A DNA stretch of 64,000 bases from Candidatus Helarchaeota archaeon (lineage in GTDB: Archaea; Asgardarchaeota; Lokiarchaeia; Helarchaeales; RDOG01): contig JAHPZH010000002.1 of the NCBI GenBank assembly GCA_019058315.1, positions 192,001 through 256,000 of the forward strand. Direction: 5' to 3'. Position numbers and translations under genes: made by a program. Positions 36,890 to 47,191 of the stretch are shown one piece after another. Within the stretch, counting starts at the first letter, position 1, and every line of letters begins with the position of its first letter. The notes beneath the pieces are model-generated. The model was not told the origin of the DNA, searched no databases, and worked only from the letters and a program-made list of their open reading frames with translations.

Positions 36890-38439
36890 TAATACTCACC
36901 AAATTTCATATCTTGCATGTAACTTTTTCCTAATTTTAAACAAATTTCAGCTTTCTCTAATTCTCTTCCGAGATATAAAGCATGATTTTGTGAAGTAATT
37001 AATTTTTTTGCTAAAAATTCCTTTCCAAGATATTCCGCAGAAGTTCCAGAAAAGGCAATATTGATTAATCCTGCTTTTCGATAATGAACAACAAATATTT
37101 TACCTTTATCATGATTAACCCAAATTCTGAAAAAACCCTTTGTATCGGGGTAAAAATCTTGATTTTTCTTTCCAACTTCGATTATTTTTATATTATCTAA
37201 TGAAATTTGCGGTATAAATTCGTTTTTACTTTTAGATTTTAAAACTGCAATTGGTAAATCTTTGGGAACCATATTACGTTTATTTGCTAAAAACGCCATT
37301 TTTAGAGAATTTGATAATTCATTCACGGTCCCTCGGGTCTTAGTACTATATTCAGTTGTTAAAAATGCAGTAACTTTCAATTCAAATGCCAGACAAGCAA
37401 AAATTGCATTAATTCCTACACCATCAGCATCAATTAACTCAATTACATTTCCGATTCCAAACATAAGGGGTGTAATAGCATTTGATTTTCTGAATAAATT
37501 ATAAGCTTCAAGAGAATTAAATAGACCTGGGTTTATTGGAGCTTCTAATAAAGGATCAGCAATGATTTTATGAAAACCTAAGTTTTCTGCGGTTTTTATA
37601 TTGTTATTTAAGTGTTTTATGCGTTCATCGATTTCATGTGGCATAAAACCTTCTTTAATATTTGTTGGAAGAACAACTACTCCAAGATCTTTGTTTAAAT
37701 TTGAAAGTTCTTTCATATTTCCTTTGTCAAGACTTAAAATTAAATCTGCTCCTGCTTCAACACTAGATTCAATTTCTGTAGGATTTAAACTATCAATACT
37801 TATTGGAATTTTGTTTAAAATTGGGTCATTTCTTAAAGCTTCAATAATTATATTTAGTTGTTTTGAATTATCTTCTCCAACAATTGCTCCAATATCTATG
37901 ATATCTGCTCCTTGTGAAACATAATATTTTGCTTTTTCAAGATTTTTTTCAATACTTAACTTTGGGGCATTAACGATTTCTGCGATAATTATTGGATAGG
38001 AATTTATGCCTACGTATACAGCCTTATCTGATTTTCCGATTAAAAATGATGTATCATCAATTCTATTTTGTGTAATTCCTTCTAATTCTTTAATTTCGTT
38101 TTCAAGAAAAATAATATCCGCTGGTTTTTTTGTAGAAAGTTTTTCGGGTGATTTTATTGTTGCAGGTATATCATAAGCATACCTAGGACCTTTATATACT
38201 TTGATTCCTAATTCTGATTCTAGCTCTGATAAATTACCTCGCATCAAACCAGGACATAAAACATATTCATATTTTGAAAGATCTATATTTTTAAGAGATT
38301 TTAAAAGATTTTTTGGGGAAATAAAGGCAGCGATTGATATGGGTAATTTTAAAATCTCAATTTTATCCCTTATATCGCTTGTCAATTCTTGTATAGAATC
38401 AAAGGCTAGTTTTCCTGTTACAATAAGAATTTTCTTCAT
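36889..38439 (-). CDS. Dihydropteroate synthase-like protein with C-terminal DUF4346 (methanopterin biosynthesis)
   Basis: ILIVTGKLA, IAAFI.P, IIAEIV.AP, GADIIDIG, ISIDS, IIADPLL, GNVIELIDAD..G.N, HALYLGREL.KAE. Confidence 0.88.
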   Translation of the reverse strand: MKKILIVTGKLAFDSIQELTSDIRDKIEILKLPISIAAFISPKNLLKSLKNIDLSKYEYVLCPGLMRGNLSELESELGIKVYKGPRYAYDIPATIKSPEKLSTKKPADIIFLENEIKELEGITQNRIDDTSFLIGKSDKAVYVGINSYPIIIAEIVNAPKLSIEKNLEKAKYYVSQGADIIDIGAIVGEDNSKQLNIIIEALRNDPILNKIPISIDSLNPTEIESSVEAGADLILSLDKGNMKELSNLNKDLGVVVLPTNIKEGFMPHEIDERIKHLNNNIKTAENLGFHKIIADPLLEAPINPGLFNSLEAYNLFRKSNAITPLMFGIGNVIELIDADGVGINAIFACLAFELKVTAFLTTEYSTKTRGTVNELSNSLKMAFLANKRNMVPKDLPIAVLKSKSKNEFIPQISLDNIKIIEVGKKNQDFYPDTKGFFRIWVNHDKGKIFVVHYRKAGLINIAFSGTSAEYLGKEFLAKKLITSQNHALYLGRELEKAEICLKLGKSYMQDMKFGEY

Positions 38440-38470
38440 TTTTAAATCCCTACAATGACTAGGGCAGAAG

Positions 38471-39559
38471 TTAATCTCTACAGTATTCTTTTTTTATTTC
38501 GTCTATATCTTTAAAATAAATATGGTCTAAATTTGAACCTTTGGCTTCCTTTAATCGGGAAACTTCTAATAATTCCTTAAATTGCCCTCCAATAAGTCCA
38601 TCTGCAATTATTGCAGCTCCTTGTGCAGCTTCTTTTGCAATTTTTACATTGTCTAACCCCTGAATTCTACGAATTGGGGCTATTTTACTAATTTTAGAGG
38701 AAAGTTTATTTTTAATATCATCAAATTGTGAGAGTTTTCCAGATAATAAAATTTCGAGAGGTTTTTCTACAGAATAATTTAATGCTGCGACGTTTTTTAT
38801 AATCCCATCAATAAAAGCTTTATATGCCATTTCAAATATATCATCTTGCTTAGAAAGTATCTTAAATTCCTCAAAACTTAAATCTCTATAGCCTGCTACA
38901 TATGCTGCTCCCCCCTGATATAGAAATCGTTTTTTAAATTCTCCAATAAGATATGCTAACTCACCGTCCAAAGCACCACATGATAAAAATCCGATCCCAC
39001 CTAAAGTTCCGCCAATTCCATCTATTATTTGTCCATTTTCAATACCTAAAATTGCATTAAATCCAGAACCCATTTCAATTAGTATAAAGGAGGTTTCCTT
39101 ATATGGAATTGATAATTTTCGAGATTGGTCATAAATCCCCAAAATTGCACTACAAACTTTATCAGCTGTACCTAAATCAATTTTATTCACTTTTCTATAG
39201 TCAGGGACTGTCGGTAAATGCTTTACTCCCGGAATAAAAAACCCTTTATAACCTGATTCTTTCAATAATTTCGCAACTTTACTTATCGCAGTTATTTTCC
39301 CCTCTATTTTTTTCTCCAAAGTCATTTCAAATAAATATTTATCATTTAGATCTTCGATCTTGACCATTGGTACACCCATACCAGATGGGGCGACTAAAAG
39401 ATCAATATCCTCCATAGATTTCAAAGTATCAATTACTAATTCCGGCTGATTAACAACATTTTTTGTAGGAATTAATGTGTCTAATATAACTTTTCCATCT
39501 TCTAATCCAATTATTCCATAAGATTTAGTACCAGGATCAATTCCAACTACTTTTACCAT
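38471..39559 (-). CDS. DUF1464 family ASKHA-fold (kinase-like) protein
   Basis: GIDPGTKS, APSG.G.P, PGV.HLPTVP.YRK.NKIDLGTADK, DGIGG, LDGELAY, KEAAQGAAIIADG. Confidence 0.85.
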   Translation of the reverse strand: MVKVVGIDPGTKSYGIIGLEDGKVILDTLIPTKNVVNQPELVIDTLKSMEDIDLLVAPSGMGVPMVKIEDLNDKYLFEMTLEKKIEGKITAISKVAKLLKESGYKGFFIPGVKHLPTVPDYRKVNKIDLGTADKVCSAILGIYDQSRKLSIPYKETSFILIEMGSGFNAILGIENGQIIDGIGGTLGGIGFLSCGALDGELAYLIGEFKKRFLYQGGAAYVAGYRDLSFEEFKILSKQDDIFEMAYKAFIDGIIKNVAALNYSVEKPLEILLSGKLSQFDDIKNKLSSKISKIAPIRRIQGLDNVKIAKEAAQGAAIIADGLIGGQFKELLEVSRLKEAKGSNLDHIYFKDIDEIKKEYCRD

Positions 39560-39583
39560 ATATATTATCCCATATAATAAAAA

Positions 39584-40576
39584 TTAAGTGAGAACTTCAA
39601 ATTTCATGCCTTGATTATTAACATTAGTTATAAAAACTTTTCCTCCTCCATTTTTATTCAAAAATTCTTCCGTTTTATGTTCTAATTTCTTTGCATTTTC
39701 TACCCCTTCTACTAAGCCGTAAGTTGTGCATCCAAAAGAGCTAATTCCACTTCCATATGCGCCATTATCAGCCATAAATTGAATTAAATCTTTAATTATT
39801 GTGGGTTGTATATCAACTTCTTGTTTTTTAAAACCTACATTCTGTAATTCAGATAGACCTCTTCCAAATACTTCTATATCTTCTTCACGAAGCCCTGGCA
39901 GTAACACCATTAGAATTAACCTGGAAACGGTCCCTACTTCTTCTTTAGATATAGGGCATGTATTTTGAAACACATTAATTTCTTTTAAACCCTCAATCTC
40001 ATCATAGATGTTTGGGAGGGCGATAACAAATTGCCAGTTTTCAGGGACTGTGTAATGAAGTAAAACTGGTGGAGGAGGTGCATTAGATGCTCTAGAAGGT
40101 AAAAAGGAATTTTTTTGCTTATTTTTTCCAAAAGTATGTCCTGCATCAAGAATAAATCCGCCCTTTTGGAATACATTGACCCCTATACCGGAAGTTCCCC
40201 CTCTTTTAACAATTTTAGCTAATTCATATACAGTTTTTCTTTTATTAAATAAATAATTTACAGCAAATGCAACAGCGAGAGACATTTGCGTTTTTGACCC
40301 TAATCCTACATGTCTTGGAATAGATGATGTTAAATTAAATTCAATTCCACCATCTATTTCTAAATGTTTGAAAACATTTTTAGCAATATCATAAATTAAT
40401 TCACTATTGTATCCATTATTAACAATAATATCATTATTCGGTAAGGAGCTAGCTTCTAAGACTATTTTCGGGTAGTTTAGAGCGACCCCTACTCCCCCAT
40501 CTACCCTTCCTAAATCTCCACTTAAATCGATTAATGCAAAATGCAATCTACTGGGAGTTATTATTCTAATTTTCAA
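39584..40576 (-). CDS. mptG: Beta-ribofuranosylaminobenzene 5'-phosphate (RFAP) synthase
   Basis: TPSRLHF.LIDL.G..GRVDGGVG, H.GLGS.TQ, RGGTSGIG..F..GGFI.D.GH, PS.AS, G.SSFG. Confidence 0.93.
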   Translation of the reverse strand: MKIRIITPSRLHFALIDLSGDLGRVDGGVGVALNYPKIVLEASSLPNNDIIVNNGYNSELIYDIAKNVFKHLEIDGGIEFNLTSSIPRHVGLGSKTQMSLAVAFAVNYLFNKRKTVYELAKIVKRGGTSGIGVNVFQKGGFILDAGHTFGKNKQKNSFLPSRASNAPPPPVLLHYTVPENWQFVIALPNIYDEIEGLKEINVFQNTCPISKEEVGTVSRLILMVLLPGLREEDIEVFGRGLSELQNVGFKKQEVDIQPTIIKDLIQFMADNGAYGSGISSFGCTTYGLVEGVENAKKLEHKTEEFLNKNGGGKVFITNVNNQGMKFEVLT

Positions 40577-41957
40577 ATTTATCAGCTCTTTTTTTTATCC
40601 AATTAATTATTCTTTCTCTTTTTTTAATAGCATTAGCAACAGAATCTTCTATTTTTTCTTCAAATCTTTTCCTCGTAGTTTCGTCTATCTCCTCGCCTAC
40701 TACTTGTTTAATTTTTGTATATGCACTTTCCCTAAATTTAGGAATTAATTTTTCTTCGCCAGTAGCGCTTTCTAATACTATTTTCCCATCTTGATTATTA
40801 ACCGAACCAATTTCTTCTATTTCTATCCCTACATCCCTAATAGTAGAACATATTCTATCCGCTTTATCAGAAGGGCAAAATATCAATAATGCGTCTAGAG
40901 ATACTCCCAAATAGTCAACATTAACTTTATTCAACATTTGAAAGACTTTATCATTAACTAATTTTTGAACCTTCTTCTCAATGACTCTAATTCCAACTTT
41001 TGCCTCATATGCAATTTCATGTAAATCCCCACGTAATCCCCCATTGGTAACATCACAGCAACAATGAATATCTTTAAGTAAATTATTATTTATTAATGCC
41101 TCACATGCGATGAGAAATTTAATGTTTAAAGTCTCTTTCAAAACATCATGCATTCCGCTATATATAGCTGTAGTTGCAATTGTTCCCCCACCTGCTCCCT
41201 CTGACATTAAAACAACGTCTCCACTTTGAATATTTCTCCTAACCAATAATTTTTCGGCTAATCCTACTGCTGCAATACCTCCTGTTATTCGTGTACCAAT
41301 TACAAGGTCCCCTCCAATTCTTAATGTGGAACCTGCAGTAATTGGAACACCTGACAATTCTGCAACCGCAGAAACTCCACCCATAAAATCAAATAATTTT
41401 CCAATATCCGCGTCATCAGCTAAATGTAGATCGACCATGATAGAAATGGGTTGGGCTCCTTTTACATAAAGGTCTCTTAAAGCAGCTCTTGTAACATGAA
41501 ATCCCGCAATAAATGGAAAATCACTGAGTCTGGAATGCATACCTTCACTTTTTGTTACTATAAACATCTTTCCATTATATTCTTCCTTTTTTGCATGGTA
41601 TACAACAGCACCTGCATCATCCAATGATTGGGGGGATAATATTGGGTCATTAGAAGTCTTGGCAACATCAGCAATTAGCTTATGAACAAAAAAATCACCC
41701 CAACCTCTGCATCCCACTCCTTGTTCTCCCATTGTAACTCCTGAATTTGGAATTTTTAGAATATCTTTTACTATCGGATCATTAGCAGTTTTACTGCTAT
41801 TTTCTACTTCTCTTAAAACAGCATCAGCTAGGTTTTTAGCAGTTTCATTGGGTATATTTTTATAAAATAAATATTCTTTAATCAGTGTGCTCAATATATT
41901 TTCCCGTGAAATGTTTTTTTTTAGAAGTTTTCTCGCCAGTCCTTCAAGATCAGCCAA
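40566..41957 (-). CDS. Archaeal AIR synthase-related (PurM-like) protein
   Basis: DLEG start, MGEQGVGCRG.GDFFVH, DDAG, EGMHSRLS.FPFIAGFHVTRAALRD, EGAGGGTI.TTA, DVTNGG, FRESAYT; start may be the TTG at 41990. Confidence 0.85.
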   Translation of the reverse strand: MADLEGLARKLLKKNISRENILSTLIKEYLFYKNIPNETAKNLADAVLREVENSSKTANDPIVKDILKIPNSGVTMGEQGVGCRGWGDFFVHKLIADVAKTSNDPILSPQSLDDAGAVVYHAKKEEYNGKMFIVTKSEGMHSRLSDFPFIAGFHVTRAALRDLYVKGAQPISIMVDLHLADDADIGKLFDFMGGVSAVAELSGVPITAGSTLRIGGDLVIGTRITGGIAAVGLAEKLLVRRNIQSGDVVLMSEGAGGGTIATTAIYSGMHDVLKETLNIKFLIACEALINNNLLKDIHCCCDVTNGGLRGDLHEIAYEAKVGIRVIEKKVQKLVNDKVFQMLNKVNVDYLGVSLDALLIFCPSDKADRICSTIRDVGIEIEEIGSVNNQDGKIVLESATGEEKLIPKFRESAYTKIKQVVGEEIDETTRKRFEEKIEDSVANAIKKRERIINWIKKRADKFEN

Positions 41958-42185
41958 AAAGATCAATCTCAAGTTTATTTGTGTAACCAACTACATAAAT
42001 ATGAATTATTTTACACTTATTTCGAATAAAAGAACGTAAGAATAAGATTTATAGTTTTCCTTTTTACATTCTGCCAAATTTAATCGATAAAAAGAGAAAA
42101 TAATTTATAAAAAACAAAAAAGACAAAACTAACGAAGGAATTAAATTTATTTAAGAAGGGAAGTATTATCTAGTGGTGATAAAAA

Positions 42186-42536
42186 ATGAAAGTTAAATAC
42201 GCTACCATAATAGTTGAGGATATGGAAGAGTCAATTAAATTTTACACAGAAGTTATGGGACTTGAAATAGATAGCCAACACAATCCCCTACCTGGAGTAA
42301 CAATCACATTATTAAAAGGGGGAGGGGATGCTATGATAGAGCTTATAAAAAATACAGAATATAAAACTGGCCTGTATTCGGTGGGAATGGATGTTGAAGA
42401 CATAAACACCACAGTGAAAGAGCTCAAATCTAAAGGTGCCAAAATCACCATGGAACCCACACCAATAACCGTTGGAACCCTTGCCTTCTTAGAAGATCCA
42501 AATGGAGTCCGAATTGCGCTAATTCAACACCATTAA
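42186..42536 (+). CDS. VOC/glyoxalase family protein
   Basis: [33 protein letters not shown]. Confidence 0.9.
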   Translation: MKVKYATIIVEDMEESIKFYTEVMGLEIDSQHNPLPGVTITLLKGGGDAMIELIKNTEYKTGLYSVGMDVEDINTTVKELKSKGAKITMEPTPITVGTLAFLEDPNGVRIALIQHH

Positions 42537-43087
42537 ACCTCTTTATACAATTTCGGAAGGAATATGGAGAATTGTTCCATTTCCTCTTGATTATGTTTGC
42601 GAAGGCCTGTGATAAACTGTTGAGGAGTCTTCTCCGGCAACCTAAATATTGAGCGCATTTGTGTTCCTTTTTCTATTGCCTCATATTCATGAACGATCCA
42701 GTTAATAGATACGTCATGTTGGTCAAGGATACTACCCACTAGGACATGGCTGTAAGTTGTAGGGATGGGCACTAAACTTGGATCTTCCCAACGAATACGC
42801 AACATGGTAGGAATTTCCCCAATATTCTCCAGAACGAGGTGAATAGCACCGACATGCCCTTTGTTTGGAGAAACTTCCCATTGAAATAACTTGTGATCCT
42901 TGGGATGCCATAAATTATAGCGCTCTGTAGTGTCAATATGGTCCCACCACCAGTCAATCATCTCAGGCGTCACATTCTGCAATTTATGTTCAATAATCAA
43001 ATCTATAGTCTTGCCTTTTGATGCCTTGATACTCGTTTCCATAAATTGGTAAGTATATTTTAATAGTCTTTGGTGTTTTTTATTCAT
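42533..43087 (-). CDS. DAPG hydrolase PhlG-like (Bet v1/START fold) protein
   Basis: [28 protein letters not shown]...FLP.LY. Confidence 0.75.
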   Translation of the reverse strand: MNKKHQRLLKYTYQFMETSIKASKGKTIDLIIEHKLQNVTPEMIDWWWDHIDTTERYNLWHPKDHKLFQWEVSPNKGHVGAIHLVLENIGEIPTMLRIRWEDPSLVPIPTTYSHVLVGSILDQHDVSINWIVHEYEAIEKGTQMRSIFRLPEKTPQQFITGLRKHNQEEMEQFSIFLPKLYKEV

Positions 43088-43761
43088 TTTATTTTCAACC
43101 TAGTCATTTTACTTAAGTTCAAAACTATTTCGTTCATAATTTCTTCAAAATCTGAGTTTGGATAAACTCGCTTTATGAAGCTATTATATTCTAATATATT
43201 ATCTATTAATATCTTCCCTTTTTCTGGGTTTTGTTCCATTAAAATATTAATTCTAGTAAAATGAATTATTGATTCCAATACTGCAAAATAGCCACGATTA
43301 TATGGTTCAATATTAGATTCAATATTTTCAAATTCATCTATCTTACAAAGAATTTTGGCTCTATTTTTAGATTCATTAATTTCCATTTTCTCCATTCTCA
43401 CCACAAAACGAGTGATTGAATCTTTTAAAAGGGGAATTTTTTTCTTTTTAGAGGTTAAGAAATTATTTTGGGAAATTTTTGACTTTTTTATAGCTGAATT
43501 ATAAAATAATTTTATATTATTGGTAAAATTAATACCTGCACATCTATGAGACTGTATATTTTTATAAGTATTAGTAGTTAAATAAGGTCTTATAATAATA
43601 TGTTTGGAATCTGGAAAAATTACTCCCATTGGAGCTGCATTATATGTAATTTTTTCAAGAGCTAAATTCACATTACATGTGGTTACAATTGCTTCATATA
43701 AACAATCCATTTTCACTTGAAAATTCCCAAATAGAGCTTCTTTTTTTGACATCAAAACCAC
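43084..43761 (-). CDS. DUF447 family FMN-binding split-barrel protein
   Basis: YEAIVTT, NAAPMGV, T.T..NI, NRG..AVLE..IH.TR. Confidence 0.85.
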   Translation of the reverse strand: MVLMSKKEALFGNFQVKMDCLYEAIVTTCNVNLALEKITYNAAPMGVIFPDSKHIIIRPYLTTNTYKNIQSHRCAGINFTNNIKLFYNSAIKKSKISQNNFLTSKKKKIPLLKDSITRFVVRMEKMEINESKNRAKILCKIDEFENIESNIEPYNRGYFAVLESIIHFTRINILMEQNPEKGKILIDNILEYNSFIKRVYPNSDFEEIMNEIVLNLSKMTRLKIK

Positions 43762-43818
43762 TCCAATTTTTTATGTGAATCTTCTTAATTATAATTATCT
43801 TAATGAGAGGTTATTAAA

Positions 43819-44211
43819 TTGAATAAATTTGAACAAGAAGCTAAAAAATATTTTTCTAATAATGTTACAGATAGAGATAGAGCTATTTTTGAGGGTGCAA
43901 TTACTTTAGGAGCAATATTTCACCAATTTATAGGAACTCCTATTAAGAATGATCCCAAAACTATAGAATCATTAGAAAAATCAATCGAGTTATCAATGTC
44001 CTGTCAACCTTACATAGAAAAAATTACTGCTAAAATAATCCCCTCTAGATTAAAATCTGGAGAACATATCTACGATTATTCAGAATTAAGGGGGGAGAAT
44101 TTGATTCTCGAAGTAATTTCAAAATATGGTAATGTTAGAGTTCATTCTGGAATGAAATACATAGATGAATTAGATTTCCCTTTGATGTATATTGAAAAAA
44201 TTGAAGAATAG
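43819..44211 (+). CDS. mptD: Archaeal dihydroneopterin aldolase
   Basis: YF...TDRDRAIFE.AI.LGA.FHQF.GTP, QP, YSEL, YI.EL.FPLMY. Confidence 0.9.
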   Translation: MNKFEQEAKKYFSNNVTDRDRAIFEGAITLGAIFHQFIGTPIKNDPKTIESLEKSIELSMSCQPYIEKITAKIIPSRLKSGEHIYDYSELRGENLILEVISKYGNVRVHSGMKYIDELDFPLMYIEKIEE

Positions 44212-44223
44212 GTAAATTGTGAG

Positions 44224-44907
44224 ATGAATAAAATGGAGGAAAATCTGTATCCTTATTTAATTTTACTTCCAAATGATCCTAAATCTCAAAAAAAAATCCT
44301 ATCAACCATTTTTGGGTCAGATATAGCTCAATCACTAATTATTAATATTGCTTCAGGAGTTGAGTTTCAAAAAGATTTAATAAAAAAATTGACATTTTCA
44401 AACAAAACAATTATTAATTATCTAAGAGATTTGGTTGATTTAAATATTCTAGAGGAAAATTCAACCACTGTTGGGGGTTATAGAAGATTATTTTACAAAT
44501 TAACCAAGATGGGGGAGTGGTTTTCCAGTTTGGTAGTTTATCGGGACTATAAACCAGAAGAATTCAAAGGAATATTGGAAGAACTATTCCAAATGTATTT
44601 AAAGCATGCCATCGGTCTCCTATTGGAAAATAAATTTAAACAAGATAAAATAAGGGATATATTTGAGAGTACTTTAAGTTCGCATTTAAAAGAAGAATAT
44701 ATAAAAAAATTAACTATTGAAAAATATATTGAAGACATTCAATCCCTTAATAATGAGTTAGATTCTATATTATCTTCAATCGATTCATTTAGTAAAGAAA
44801 AAAAGAAGGAATTGCTAAAAATTAATGAATTAAAGGAACTAGATGAATTTTATGGTATTTTAAAAAACAAGTTCCAAAAATTAAGTGAAAAATTGAAAAA
44901 TTTTTAA
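44224..44907 (+). CDS. Winged-helix DNA-binding protein
   Basis: QKDLI..L.FSNKTII.YL..LV...ILEE...Y.LT..G.W. Confidence 0.7.
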   Translation: MNKMEENLYPYLILLPNDPKSQKKILSTIFGSDIAQSLIINIASGVEFQKDLIKKLTFSNKTIINYLRDLVDLNILEENSTTVGGYRRLFYKLTKMGEWFSSLVVYRDYKPEEFKGILEELFQMYLKHAIGLLLENKFKQDKIRDIFESTLSSHLKEEYIKKLTIEKYIEDIQSLNNELDSILSSIDSFSKEKKKELLKINELKELDEFYGILKNKFQKLSEKLKNF

Positions 44908-45044
44908 ATTATTTGTTGTTATAATTAATTTCAATGTTTTAAAATAACCTTTTATAGTCATCTTTTCAAGATAATATTATCTAGGAAGGGTAAATTTGAT
45001 CTTTTATATCTGCATAAAATCCATTTAACGCAATAAGTGATTGA

Positions 45045-45512
45045 ATGAATACAAAAAACGAAAAAGATGAATATGATAAAATAATTTCCAAAGAGAACAT
45101 TGGAGTTCGGATGTTACAAGGTGGTTTAATGTCATTTTTCCCAGGAATATTCCTTATAATAATTAGTACTCAACAAATTCCTAATCGTTTTCAACAGGGT
45201 ATTTCCGAAGTTCTTTTTTTTGGAATCTTAGTTCTTACCATGAGTTCTATTTTACTAATATATGGAGCCTATTTATTCGGACAAGCTTCAAAGGAAGTTA
45301 AAAAATTTCCACTAGAATACAGGTATCAAAAAGCTTTTGAGCAGGTTTCAGAAGAGGTAAAAATTTTTGGTAAAGCAATGAGTGAAGCACTGGGATATCC
45401 ATCAGAATCAAAGACTAGGGTGTCTTCTTCATTAAAATGCCCTGATTGTGGTGCTCCTTTAGAAACTCAACCTCCTTGTAAATGTTCTTATTGTGGGAGA
45501 CTCTTAGAATAA
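45045..45512 (+). CDS. Two-TM protein with C-terminal zinc ribbon
   Basis: Two hydrophobic helices; CPDCGAPL...CSYCG. Confidence 0.75.
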   Translation: MNTKNEKDEYDKIISKENIGVRMLQGGLMSFFPGIFLIIISTQQIPNRFQQGISEVLFFGILVLTMSSILLIYGAYLFGQASKEVKKFPLEYRYQKAFEQVSEEVKIFGKAMSEALGYPSESKTRVSSSLKCPDCGAPLETQPPCKCSYCGRLLE

Positions 45513-45553
45513 AATCTCTTAAGTAAAGAAAATATTTTTTTTTAGCTAAAAAG

Positions 45554-45922
45554 TTATATTTTCTCAAGGTCTCGAGAAGATATTATATTAATATCTAAAT
45601 TTAGTATATCGTTGATTAAAATATCTCCCATTTTTATTGGAGCTTCTGCTATAGTTTTATTTATGATTTTCATTGAGTCAAATAATTTTTCCTTTGGTAT
45701 AGGAATATCTGAACGCACTGGAATAACTGGTAAAATTCCATTTTTAACTCGAATAGTTGTTGTTAATATACGTTTGGGTGCTTTAAATTCTTCTAAGGCG
45801 TATTCATACCCTCTTTTACATGTATTTCCAGAGACTTTAATTTCGCCTTCATCTTCCCAAACGTCTATTGGACAGCCCTGAGGACAGACAATACAAGTTA
45901 GTGTCTTTTTATTTTTAACCAT
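45554..45922 (-). CDS. DUF1667 CxxC protein (small subunit of the G3P dehydrogenase trio)
   Basis: CIVCPQGC, GNTCKRG, P.R.LTTT. Confidence 0.88.
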   Translation of the reverse strand: MVKNKKTLTCIVCPQGCPIDVWEDEGEIKVSGNTCKRGYEYALEEFKAPKRILTTTIRVKNGILPVIPVRSDIPIPKEKLFDSMKIINKTIAEAPIKMGDILINDILNLDINIISSRDLEKI

Positions 45923-47191
45923 TTAATTGTCTCCTCCTGGACTAATTTCAAATATTATTTCATTTATATCTGGACCAATTTCCAATGTTCTTGTCTTTAA
46001 TTCTATCATCTCACTAGGGCGGACAAATTTCTTTTTAAGTTCTTTCAAGATTGTACCATTTGCTTTTAAACTTATTAAAACATCATTTTCTGGTTTTTTT
46101 ACTCGCATAAAGAAAATAAGTGGTTGAGATAATGATTTTCTATTTATGTGTTGAGGAACAATATAACCGATATTACGTCCAGCTTTGGTCTTAACTAATT
46201 CCTTTTTCTCTTTCAGTTTTTGTTTAATATATTTAGCAGCATTATTTCCAGCATTAATAGCCTCTTGTGTGACATTATCAACCAAATCATGAACTTGAAG
46301 CACATTACCACAAGAAAATATTCCCTCTATTGAAGTTTCGAGATTTTCATCAACAATAGCTCCTCCAGTTACAGGATCCAATGCAACTCCAATTTTATTT
46401 GATAATTCATTTTCTGGGATGAGTCCTACAGATAATAATAATGTATCACATTCAATAATTTCTTCAGTACCTGGAATAGGTTTCCAATGCTCATCGACCT
46501 GGGCAATAGTAACAGCTTCAACTCTATTTTCACCGTGAATTTTTGTAACTGTATGTTCTAATAATAATGGAATATCAAAATCTTCTAAGCATTGAACTCT
46601 ATTTCTTACTAAACCATTTGTATAAGGCATAATTTCAACAACTGCCTTAACTTTGGCACCTTCTAAAGTAAGTCTACGTGCCATAATTAAGCCTATGTCT
46701 CCTGATCCTAGAATAACAATTTCTTTTCCTGGCATATATCCTTCAATATTTACAAAACGCTGAGCTAAGCCCGCTGTATAAACACCAGAAGGACGGTAGC
46801 CTGGGATTCGAATTGCTCCTCGAGTTCTTTCACGACAGCCCATGGCCAGTATAATTGCCTTAGGAATTATTTTAAGAACTCCTTCATCTTTATTAAGAGC
46901 GATTATATGTTTATCTTTGGTAATATCAATGACCATAGTGTTTAATTTTACTGGAATATCCAATTCATGGATCTGATTGATATATCGCTGAGCATACTCT
47001 GGACCAGTTAATTCTTCTTTAAATACATGCAATCCGAATCCATTATGAATACATTGAGGTAAAATACCTCCTAATTCAAAATCTCTTTCAATAATTAGTG
47101 GATTTACTCCTGCTTCTTTTGCAGTAACTGCAGCAGCCAACCCTGCGGGGCCACCACCTATAATTGCAAGGTCTACATCAATTTCAATCAT
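45923..47191 (-). CDS. NAD(P)/FAD-dependent pyridine nucleotide-disulfide oxidoreductase (G3P dehydrogenase partner)
   Basis: GGGPAG, LGGILPQCIHNGFG, GCRER, GSGDIGLIMARRLTLEG, CGNVLQVHDLVD. Confidence 0.9.
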   Translation of the reverse strand: MIEIDVDLAIIGGGPAGLAAAVTAKEAGVNPLIIERDFELGGILPQCIHNGFGLHVFKEELTGPEYAQRYINQIHELDIPVKLNTMVIDITKDKHIIALNKDEGVLKIIPKAIILAMGCRERTRGAIRIPGYRPSGVYTAGLAQRFVNIEGYMPGKEIVILGSGDIGLIMARRLTLEGAKVKAVVEIMPYTNGLVRNRVQCLEDFDIPLLLEHTVTKIHGENRVEAVTIAQVDEHWKPIPGTEEIIECDTLLLSVGLIPENELSNKIGVALDPVTGGAIVDENLETSIEGIFSCGNVLQVHDLVDNVTQEAINAGNNAAKYIKQKLKEKKELVKTKAGRNIGYIVPQHINRKSLSQPLIFFMRVKKPENDVLISLKANGTILKELKKKFVRPSEMIELKTRTLEIGPDINEIIFEISPGGDN

